IMG/VR virus record: IMGVR_UViG_3300029305_003192
Strand: one strand, 5' to 3'
DNA from: a virus
Lineage: Duplodnaviria; Caudoviricetes
Length of the DNA stretch: 64,000 nucleotides
Positions 55,990-64,000 of this stretch are shown one piece after another (positions within the stretch are counted from its first letter, which is position 1; each line of letters begins with the position of its first letter). Under the pieces are notes generated by a model, which searched no databases, was not told the origin of the DNA, and saw nothing but the letters and a program-made list of their open reading frames with translations. Position numbers and translations under genes: made by a program.

Positions 55990-58896
55990 CTACTCTTTAA
56001 CTAGAAGTAATATTATACTAGCACGTCCATATATGGAGTATGTAGTATCAAAATTAAATGTCATAGTTCTGGATTCGAATTCTGCGACCGATGGAGCGTT
56101 GGTGGCATGGGAATAACCGTCAATTTTAGGAATCATAAACTCATATTCCTCGAATGACGTATCCTTTCTATTCAACGGTACTATCTTAACTATCGATTTT
56201 GAATCCTGGTCATATAATACGACGTTGAAATCTGAATCAGTACGACCATCTGTAGAGTATGAATATGGAATATCTATACCATAATCGTATGATTCGTATA
56301 ACTCAAATCCAGCATTATATACGATACCCGAATAGCTACCATCCGCAAGAATTTCTTTATACTCATTAGCCTCGACGGTAACAGTTACCGTGTCAGTGAG
56401 TCTTGAAGGATAATTCGTAACTCCAGTGATTGCCTCTGGAGCACTCAAAGGTATTGAGCCCGATACATCGGTGATTTGTCCACCATCACGGATTATCAGA
56501 TCACTGGTGACTTTGGCATGTGGATTATTTGCTAGATTACATACGTCGGCTACACCGGGAACTATACTCACATTACCTGATGAATCAAACGAAATATCAA
56601 TTTCGCTACACTCACAGAACGGTACGATTCCAATACCACGTTTTATCATACTTCCTTCATATATAAGTGGTACTGATATAGCTTTCTTTGCCACGTTATC
56701 TATGTGACGCAGTATATTAAATGTTACATTATCACCGTACACTGAAATGATATCACCACTATGTAGAATAGCACTATATGGCAATGCTTCATATGTGTTA
56801 TTAATCTTAAGATTCCAGCTAGAATCATGAGCTCCGCTAATTAGACTACCGCTGGAATTTGTAGCGGTAATAAAGACGATAGTATCGGTGGCTATAGAAA
56901 TATTTTTAGTCTGATTAACCAGGGTCATTGTCTCTTCATCAGCCTCGAAAGATAAACCAACCTCAACCTTGGAGTATAAATACATTTCTCGTATAGTCGA
57001 TGAATACATCTTGGTTACAGAGGGATCCGAATTTGTCATGATGGCAGTAGGTAACGATGAATCGATTGGATAAACCGTACCATCCGTACTGTCGACCCAT
57101 TTTCTTTGGGACGGAATGCCACCATCATATAATGGGAATATATCATCAATGATATCAAATGTAGGGAGCTTAATATCTCCAACCGAAAGGGGTTCCGAAA
57201 CCGCACTATTGTCATGATAAATCGTTGATAGTGTACCATATAAATATCCGTTGTGGTATAATTCAACGGATCTATATTTCGGTGAAGATGCTATGGAACG
57301 TGTAACACCACCACAACCTGTAGTACACCTAGCACCGCATCCACCACATGTATCCTGCAATCCTGTATTACCATAGCAACCTGCAGTACATCCATGGCAT
57401 GTAGTTTTACAGGTTGTGGCACATGAACCATCGCAAGTATTAGTACATCCTGTACATCCCGAGCAACCCGAGGAACATCCACTACATCCAGATGCCTTTC
57501 CGCTACAATCACTTCCGCAATTCATACCGCATGACGTTCCACATGACTCGGAGCAACCCGTACACTGTCCAGAACACTTACCGGAACATACCTCACTACA
57601 CGATGCACACTCATTGATACATCCACCACTGCATGCAGTGGTGCAGTTGTTTTGACATAAACCAGTACATGCCCCACGACAATGTGACACTGGTGCATCA
57701 AATGGTGTATCCCTCAGGAACTTTACGAACTTTAATAGTTTCTCTTTATGATAGATTCCTGGGAGAAGATCCAGCTCTCTAACATGACGTGCATCTGCAA
57801 AATCGCATATATTAAGAAGCATATCTATGACTGGAATACCATGTCCAACGCGAATTATATCGGTACTACTATCTATTATAAACAGCGTATCATCCGGTTC
57901 AGATAAGATAGGACCACAATAATGACGAAATTCTGGTTGATGGAGGTAATCTCCATCTTCATTAAATCCAGATCGTCTATATATTTCATTACGAACTTGA
58001 ACGATAATCTGCTCGAGTTCGCTCGTATTTGTAATTAATGAATTAGAACCTGTACATGTTTCCCAACATGTACCAGTACACGATGTACATTCATCGGTAC
58101 ATCTACCGGCACAATCTTCTTCACATGTACCTGTGCATACAGCGGCGCATGTCATAGCACATTCTTTCGAACATGTACCAGAGCATCCTCCGGTACAACC
58201 GGTACATATGTCCGTGCATGCGCTCATGCACGCACCAGTACATCCACCGGCACAATCATCTGCACACGTTTTTGAGCACGTACTCGTGCACGTTTCATTG
58301 CATGTGTTTTTACAGCTATTATCACATCCGCCAGTACATGTTGTATTACATCCAGTGGAGCAGCCACCAGTACATGCATTTCCACATTTACCAGTGCAGT
58401 TAGTACCACATCCAGTATCACATGTTGATGTACATGTCTCCGAGCATCCTCCGGAACAGCCGGAACACGATGATGTACAGCCGGAACCACATCCCTCACA
58501 ATAACCTGCACAAGCAGTCGAGCAGTTGGATGCACATGACGAACATGACTGTTTACAACTACCATAACATCCAGTACTGCATCCTCCGGAACAGCCGGAA
58601 CAGCCGGAACATGATGATGCACAGCCGGAACCACATCCTGCACATGCAGCTGCCGTATTTGTACAACCATAACATCCATCGCAAGCATTAGTACATGTAC
58701 TATCACATGAACCCGAGCAAGATGTACTACACGTGCCGGTACAAGACATACATCCAGTGGAACATGAACCGCACGTACTTGCACATGTACCATTACAACC
58801 ATATGATGGAGTCTGATGGTTACCAGTACTCGCCATGCTGGTGCAGTCACCACAACCACCGCTGCCAGATCCACTATTGCTTCCTCCACACGACAT
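55990..58896 (-). CDS. Large Cys-repeat protein (968 aa): Cxxx tract, globular insert, Cxxx tract, Cys-poor C-terminal domain
   Basis: Two Cxxx tracts separated by an E..RR...CRGACTGLC domain; ~430-aa beta-rich C-terminus. Confidence 0.85.
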   Translation of the reverse strand: MSCGGSNSGSGSGGCGDCTSMASTGNHQTPSYGCNGTCASTCGSCSTGCMSCTGTCSTSCSGSCDSTCTNACDGCYGCTNTAAACAGCGSGCASSCSGCSGCSGGCSTGCYGSCKQSCSSCASNCSTACAGYCEGCGSGCTSSCSGCSGGCSETCTSTCDTGCGTNCTGKCGNACTGGCSTGCNTTCTGGCDNSCKNTCNETCTSTCSKTCADDCAGGCTGACMSACTDICTGCTGGCSGTCSKECAMTCAAVCTGTCEEDCAGRCTDECTSCTGTCWETCTGSNSLITNTSELEQIIVQVRNEIYRRSGFNEDGDYLHQPEFRHYCGPILSEPDDTLFIIDSSTDIIRVGHGIPVIDMLLNICDFADARHVRELDLLPGIYHKEKLLKFVKFLRDTPFDAPVSHCRGACTGLCQNNCTTACSGGCINECASCSEVCSGKCSGQCTGCSESCGTSCGMNCGSDCSGKASGCSGCSSGCSGCTGCTNTCDGSCATTCKTTCHGCTAGCYGNTGLQDTCGGCGARCTTGCGGVTRSIASSPKYRSVELYHNGYLYGTLSTIYHDNSAVSEPLSVGDIKLPTFDIIDDIFPLYDGGIPSQRKWVDSTDGTVYPIDSSLPTAIMTNSDPSVTKMYSSTIREMYLYSKVEVGLSFEADEETMTLVNQTKNISIATDTIVFITATNSSGSLISGAHDSSWNLKINNTYEALPYSAILHSGDIISVYGDNVTFNILRHIDNVAKKAISVPLIYEGSMIKRGIGIVPFCECSEIDISFDSSGNVSIVPGVADVCNLANNPHAKVTSDLIIRDGGQITDVSGSIPLSAPEAITGVTNYPSRLTDTVTVTVEANEYKEILADGSYSGIVYNAGFELYESYDYGIDIPYSYSTDGRTDSDFNVVLYDQDSKSIVKIVPLNRKDTSFEEYEFMIPKIDGYSHATNAPSVAEFESRTMTFNFDTTYSIYGRASIILLLVKE

Positions 58897-58897
58897 A

Positions 58898-59890
58898 TTA
58901 TGTCACCTCCTCAGAATTCGTTTCGCTTGAAGTGCCTGTAGTGTCAGATGATGCCATTGCTAAACACGAACCAGTACAACCAAGACAACCCGTATTGACG
59001 GTTCTTCCCTCTGCCGTACCGAAGCATTCATCTTTACATCCACCAAAACACGTATTATCGCAGATATCACTACATGAATTCATACATCCCATATGACATC
59101 CATTCATACAGTGGTCACCACATTCATGAACACATTCACCACCGCATGTGGTTACACACATACCGGCACATAACTCACTACATCCGGTACAACCTTTACA
59201 TTTATCGTCGCACCCTGTACATCCGCCGCCACAACCGGAGCATCCGTGACATCCATCACATTCTCCACGACAGCACTCTTTACAGGTGCCACCACATCCG
59301 CCTTTACATTCATCGTGACATCCTTCGTCACATGAATCAGAGCATCCGCCGGTACATCCTGTACATCCTGCACAAGATGTACACATTCCAGTACATACCG
59401 TACCACAGTTTTTCTTACAAGCATCAGTACATGCAGTAGTACATTCACCACCACATTTCTTTATACATCCATTAGTACACGAGTCTCCGCATCCGGCACA
59501 TCCGGAACCACATCCGGAGAAACATTTCGATTTACATGTATTATTACACGTGGTTCCACATCCTGTTTTACATCCACCGGTACATGTTGTTGAGCATGAT
59601 TTAGCAGCAGCTGCAGAAGACTGACAGCTGCTATGACACTCACCGCCACAACCACTACCACACTGTCTGCTACACGAGCCACTACAATCGCTACCGCATG
59701 AGCCACCACATCCAGAACCACATGATCCACCACATGCTCCCTTACCACAGGATCCACAGCCCTGACATCCAGATGAGCATATACTATTACACGATGACTT
59801 ACACTGGCTCGTACATGACTGATTGCACGAACCCGATGTTCTACCGGAACATGATGCCATGCATCCGTTTCCGGAACAATCAACTGCCAT
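58898..59890 (-). CDS. Cys-x-x-x repeat protein (~330 aa)
   Basis: Continuous Cxxx periodicity; ATG 59890 after GAGGTG. Confidence 0.85.
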   Translation of the reverse strand: MAVDCSGNGCMASCSGRTSGSCNQSCTSQCKSSCNSICSSGCQGCGSCGKGACGGSCGSGCGGSCGSDCSGSCSRQCGSGCGGECHSSCQSSAAAAKSCSTTCTGGCKTGCGTTCNNTCKSKCFSGCGSGCAGCGDSCTNGCIKKCGGECTTACTDACKKNCGTVCTGMCTSCAGCTGCTGGCSDSCDEGCHDECKGGCGGTCKECCRGECDGCHGCSGCGGGCTGCDDKCKGCTGCSELCAGMCVTTCGGECVHECGDHCMNGCHMGCMNSCSDICDNTCFGGCKDECFGTAEGRTVNTGCLGCTGSCLAMASSDTTGTSSETNSEEVT

Positions 59891-60089
59891 TTGTTCCACC
59901 TCGCTTTATAGTCGAAGATATTGATTCGTTATTAATGGTCTTTTTTACAATCGTCGGTATCATTACCTTATTATATCTGATTATACCTCTACTGGATGAC
60001 GTAGCGTCGCATGACGCGCCGCAATTATTTTTACATCCGCTTACACATGCGGTACTACATGTAGTACCGCATCCACATTCAATAGCCAT
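59880..60089 (-). CDS. Short Cys-x-x-x repeat protein (69 aa)
   Basis: CGCGTTCSTACVSGCKNNCGASC then a basic tail; fills the operon gap. Confidence 0.65.
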   Translation of the reverse strand: MAIECGCGTTCSTACVSGCKNNCGASCDATSSSRGIIRYNKVMIPTIVKKTINNESISSTIKRGGTNGS

Positions 60090-60099
60090 TTATTCAGCC

Positions 60100-61233
60100 T
60101 CAATTCTTTTTATTACCTTTATCTCCGTTAGTATTTGCGGTATTATGATTATTTCCATTAGGCGAGTATGAATTATTAGCACATGCTGCCGAACAGGTTT
60201 TATTACAACCTCCAGCACATCCTCCCTTACAGGAACCAGTACAACCTGATCCACAACTTGTACTACATCCACTACACTGTCCAGTACATGCAGATCCACA
60301 AGCACGTGTGCATATAGAGGAGCATCCATCACTACACCCAGTAGGGGTTGATGGGCCGCCAGGATTATTTGATGATGATCTACATGTTGATGAGCACGAT
60401 GTCGTACAATTACCGTTACATGATGGAGCCTGGTTAACTGTTGAACTCGTAGCAGTATCTTTACAGCCACCAGTACATGTATCTGTGCATCCTGTACTAG
60501 CACCGCCTGTAGCACTACCAGTACATCCAGCGCATGTACTCGTACACGATTCTTCGCACGAATCATGTTTCTTGGTAGCGAATCCCGTACACGATTTCCA
60601 ACAACCGCCATCACATTTACCGTTACATCCGCCAGTACAACCTGTACCACATCCATTGGTACATTTATTTTCACACTTACCCGTGCACGTGCCACTACAT
60701 CCTTCACACGTACCACCACATCCATTACATGTTGTAGTACAAGCTCCACATGAAGTACATGCTACATTACAGGCAGTTGTACAAGCACCACAACCAGTAC
60801 AACCATTGGTACATTCCTCACTGCAACCGTTACAGGTATTGATACATGTCATCATACATAGACCGGAACATGCAGATCTACATGAGATGGCACCGTTTCT
60901 GTCAGTATTAAGTGGGTTAGAAGTTGCAAGCATATCCTCGCTCTGAAGAAGCTTTATAAATGCGAGAAGTTCATTATATTCGAATGAATCAGGGATAGGG
61001 TCGGCCACTTCAACGAGGATAAGGTCTCCCTTATCACAAATATGAAGTAATGGGTCAATCGTTTTAGCACCCTGCTCCTGCGTAATAACATCATGAGTTC
61101 TTGGCACTACACTGAAATCATAAGCATCTTTAGAGAATTCGGTCATACGGCCATATCCGCCGCGACGCATCATCTCTTGTTTAATTAACGCTTTAAGTTC
61201 TTTCGCCTGGTCAGGCGTTACATGAAGAATCAT
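60100..61233 (-). CDS. Cys-repeat protein with ~105-aa N-terminal leader-like domain
   Basis: ATG 61233 after AAGGAGG; EMMRR...CRSACSGLC then Cxxx tract. Confidence 0.85.
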   Translation of the reverse strand: MILHVTPDQAKELKALIKQEMMRRGGYGRMTEFSKDAYDFSVVPRTHDVITQEQGAKTIDPLLHICDKGDLILVEVADPIPDSFEYNELLAFIKLLQSEDMLATSNPLNTDRNGAISCRSACSGLCMMTCINTCNGCSEECTNGCTGCGACTTACNVACTSCGACTTTCNGCGGTCEGCSGTCTGKCENKCTNGCGTGCTGGCNGKCDGGCWKSCTGFATKKHDSCEESCTSTCAGCTGSATGGASTGCTDTCTGGCKDTATSSTVNQAPSCNGNCTTSCSSTCRSSSNNPGGPSTPTGCSDGCSSICTRACGSACTGQCSGCSTSCGSGCTGSCKGGCAGGCNKTCSAACANNSYSPNGNNHNTANTNGDKGNKKN

Positions 61234-61260
61234 TATAATCCTCCTTCTTATAAAATTAGA

Positions 61261-61288
61261 ACCCAATGCAATTATAATTGCATTGGGT
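61261..61288. terminator. Perfect palindrome/hairpin upstream of the Cys-repeat operon
   Basis: ACCCAATGCAATTATAATTGCATTGGGT. Confidence 0.65.
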
Positions 61289-61317
61289 CCATTTATAATT
61301 ATTTTGTCATTCTAATC

Positions 61318-63099
61318 CTATCCACTAACTTCCGGTGTCGGTGTTATTGATGGAGTACCCATGATAGTTTCATCGGGTTCAGCAGTAATAGGATTGTCCT
61401 TAATATTCTCACCCCAAATAGCATGGATTGGAACCCAAGCTCCATCATAATAAAATTTGAGGACAAACTGAGGTGTCTGAATCCACATCTTCTCAGTATC
61501 GGCTGGAGGTGTTGCTCCGAACACCCAGTTAGCTGCAGGGGCAGCACCGATTGGACGCCACTTCTTATGTGTGGTATCATAATAGTTGAGAGTTGCGGGA
61601 TGATACACGTTTTCAGTATCCTTATTAAGCCATGGTCTTTCCAGGTCATGGATAGACATCCATACATCTTTGGTATAATAAGCCAATGCCGGTGGAATCA
61701 ATCTCTTCCATGTCCCACCGGGATACTTATTAGTTGAACCTGGTGGCGATGGTGGCACTACAATGGCCTCTTCGTAATGTGGGTCATCTACACCATCGGA
61801 TGTTCCCATACAGTGGTACAATTTGAAATTTTGTGTATATGAATTCTTATGATTGGGGTCAGCGATTGGACCGGCGGCTGGTACTTTATACCAAAGCACC
61901 TGATTCTCCACCGGAGGTTCTACGCTCTGCACGAATCCGCCGCCACCTCCGACTGCAACGAACTCATTTACGAATTCGCCCTTATCATCATTATAGACAA
62001 TAGTCTGCTGATTTTCGATTAAGCATTTCCCCTGAGCATCATACGCAATATTTACTGGAACCTCATTGAGGAAATTTGCATTGTCAAATTCAGTCCACAT
62101 GTCATAATAGCTAGGCATCCACTGAGTCGCATAAACACCCCATTCGAGCTTAGGAAGAGCAAAATGAGCAAGCGTGAGTCTGTTTACACCAAATGCGATC
62201 TTAACATATTTAGCGTTAAGATACTCATTGGTAACAGTAACAGATATTCTCTCCCAAGTTTCGGAATTTGGCTGGATTATTTCTTCGTATTTGGAGCCAT
62301 TGATTCTCTGATGATTTGCATCTTCGAATGTGATCTGGATAAATACTGATCCATCCTTCGTGGTATTAGATACAAAAGTGGATGCAGTATATGTCATTCC
62401 ATATATTGCTTCTGTACAATATGCATTGGACTGAGCAACTACTACTGATTCAGTAAGACTTATCAGTTTAGACGCGTCCATCTTAAACGCTGGTCTATCA
62501 CACAGTGTCTTAGATGTATCTCTAGTGGCATAGGCTGCGTGAGTTGTACTCCATGCATCAAAACCACGCACAAGACCTGTATTATCGGCAAGATTAATAT
62601 TACCAATAACAAGATTATCGATGATAGACTTAAGATGTCTACCCATATTAGCAGATAACGCAGCATCCGCTCTTTCAGACTTCAGATGGTCGATAACATC
62701 TACCTTCTGCACACCAAGGTCGATATGCTTCCAGCTATAGTCCTTAGAACCATCTGCAAGGTCAAGATCTCTGTAATAAAGGTGTGCACCAATGTACAGT
62801 CTCTGCCAGTGGTGATTACCTTCATAGGAAACCTGTAAGAAAATTGGAGATACCGAGGTTGTCTTGAAGAGAGTCTGCCAAGGCATCTCAATCTCAACAT
62901 TATCGGGTCCAATATCATAATAGAAGAATATAGTATATTTACCAGGGATAGTAATCTGGAAAAGGTTCTCAGGCATATCCTGAGTCTCACCGATAAGATA
63001 ACATCCTGGGTCAACATTCTCCTGATATGTATTACCAAGAATTCTGCCGACGGCAAGGTCTATCTCGTGACCGGTGTATAAGCTTTTATAAGCACCCAT
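61318..63099 (-). CDS. Tail fibre/baseplate protein with CBM-like domain
   Basis: YKSLYTGHEID N-terminus, DHLKS..DAALSANMG..LK repeat, YTAS...WERISVT...PKLEWG, PP...W...W motifs. Confidence 0.7.
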   Translation of the reverse strand: MGAYKSLYTGHEIDLAVGRILGNTYQENVDPGCYLIGETQDMPENLFQITIPGKYTIFFYYDIGPDNVEIEMPWQTLFKTTSVSPIFLQVSYEGNHHWQRLYIGAHLYYRDLDLADGSKDYSWKHIDLGVQKVDVIDHLKSERADAALSANMGRHLKSIIDNLVIGNINLADNTGLVRGFDAWSTTHAAYATRDTSKTLCDRPAFKMDASKLISLTESVVVAQSNAYCTEAIYGMTYTASTFVSNTTKDGSVFIQITFEDANHQRINGSKYEEIIQPNSETWERISVTVTNEYLNAKYVKIAFGVNRLTLAHFALPKLEWGVYATQWMPSYYDMWTEFDNANFLNEVPVNIAYDAQGKCLIENQQTIVYNDDKGEFVNEFVAVGGGGGFVQSVEPPVENQVLWYKVPAAGPIADPNHKNSYTQNFKLYHCMGTSDGVDDPHYEEAIVVPPSPPGSTNKYPGGTWKRLIPPALAYYTKDVWMSIHDLERPWLNKDTENVYHPATLNYYDTTHKKWRPIGAAPAANWVFGATPPADTEKMWIQTPQFVLKFYYDGAWVPIHAIWGENIKDNPITAEPDETIMGTPSITPTPEVSG

Positions 63100-63114
63100 A
63101 TCTAGTCACCTACC

Positions 63115-63414
63115 TTAGAACGACAGCATATATGGATCGATGGGATCATTTTCATCTTCCATAGTGGTTATCTTCTCTATGAATTCAGTTGTGCAATACT
63201 CATAGAAGTATTTCTTAGTATTTGGATTATATCTGCGCACTTTAAGTACATCAGTATCGCCGATCGTTTCGAATTCGATATCATCCTTGGTGAGCATTGG
63301 ATAACCAGTGCCCGGGACATATAACGAAATGACGAAGGCGGTACTTCTAATAGAACGAACTTTCTTACCCTCTTTATCAAGAAAAGACTTGAGGGATGCA
63401 TTTGTCCATGCCAT
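63115..63414 (-). CDS. Hypothetical protein
   Basis: 99 aa, AAAGGT RBS. Confidence 0.7.
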   Translation of the reverse strand: MAWTNASLKSFLDKEGKKVRSIRSTAFVISLYVPGTGYPMLTKDDIEFETIGDTDVLKVRRYNPNTKKYFYEYCTTEFIEKITTMEDENDPIDPYMLSF

Positions 63415-63471
63415 ATAATCACTACCTTTCTTTATAGAGTATGGATTATAATATGGTTCACCGATACCTGG

Positions 63472-63894
63472 TTATGGAGTCGGTATCCATACACCCACTT
63501 CATGCACGCTCTTAGTGATTTTGAATCTTTCCGGGATAATCTTCTCACACATATACTCCGGCTTATTAATCAGATACGTACCACCATGACCAATAACTGC
63601 CGAGAGTTTATCGAGATGCTTCTGAGTAATCTTCTTACCTATAGCAGAGTAGATAAGTGTGTTAGTGGTACGCTCAGTAGAATTATTCTCAGGTACACGA
63701 GTGATTAAAACGTCCGTCGTGTCTGGGAATTTATACCATCTCAAATAATCATGAAGTACATGCTCAATGGGTACTTCATCAATATATTCAAGAATTAATG
63801 GTTTATCAAGTTCAACATCGTCCGGATTGGATGGCAATGTTTCATCTGTATACTCCTTAATTCGGAGCACTGTAAATCTATTCATATCTTTCAT
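63472..63894 (-). CDS. Hypothetical protein
   Basis: 140 aa, AAGGAG RBS. Confidence 0.7.
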   Translation of the reverse strand: MKDMNRFTVLRIKEYTDETLPSNPDDVELDKPLILEYIDEVPIEHVLHDYLRWYKFPDTTDVLITRVPENNSTERTTNTLIYSAIGKKITQKHLDKLSAVIGHGGTYLINKPEYMCEKIIPERFKITKSVHEVGVWIPTP

Positions 63895-63949
63895 CTCCTT
63901 ACATAATCGATTAGGTTACCATATTTTCGGGGAGTATCAGTATTAAATC

Positions 63950-63985
63950 AAAAAAAAAAACAGCGGATGTATTGTCCGCTGTTTT
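63950..63985 (-). terminator. Intrinsic terminator (minus strand)
   Basis: CAGCGGA/TCCGCTG stem with an A11 tract on the plus strand. Confidence 0.75.
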
Positions 63986-64000
63986 AATGTTAGTCCTTTT

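Noticed and set aside
54878-60946. His/Pro/Val-rich and Val/Asp-rich ORFs in other frames of the Cys region
   Set aside because: By-products of repetitive TGT/TGC-GGA/ACA codons; the Cys frames have RBSs and tile the operon
54856-61233. CRISPR array or DNA tandem repeat
   Set aside because: The periodicity is at protein level with degenerate codons; no constant repeat-spacer structure
1-64000. Alternative genetic code (stop recoding)
   Set aside because: Genes are full length and densely packed in the standard code; TAA, TAG and TGA all end genes

Overview
This window is a 64-kb segment of a phiKZ/AR9-type jumbo phage genome, most likely infecting a Bacillota (clostridial-type) host. The host call is inferred from strong GGAGG RBSs, an Amidase_3+GH73 endolysin and GH5 genes. 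Left part (1-26 kb, minus strand): split multisubunit RNA polymerase beta subunits, RecA/UvsX, a tubulin/FtsZ-family protein, type IIA topoisomerase A and B subunits, putative head proteins, a five-gene divergent paralog array and the endolysin. Middle (26.6-50.7 kb): a large modular tail-fibre/receptor-binding region with LamG/CBM-like domains, three DUF4376-like proteins and three tandem GH5 glycoside hydrolases. Right part (51-61 kb): a radical SAM/SPASM maturase of the CXXX-repeat class with a mini-intein inserted inside its CxxxCxxC motif, a tandem-duplicated accessory protein, and six genes for (Cys-x-x-x)n proteins of 69-968 aa. A seventh Cys-repeat protein sits inside the tail-fibre operon and carries tail-fibre-type motifs, suggesting an rSAM-modified or metal-loaded Cys-rich virion fibre system. 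The other main candidate is a ~420-nt highly structured minus-strand non-coding RNA (46.3-46.75 kb) with its own promoter-like motif and terminator, which I cannot assign to a known family. Recurrent AACA-N6-TA (AR9-late-like) and TATAT(A)-CAT/GAT (early-like) motifs and many long intergenic hairpins are visible. All assignments come from motif recognition by eye; no searches were run.
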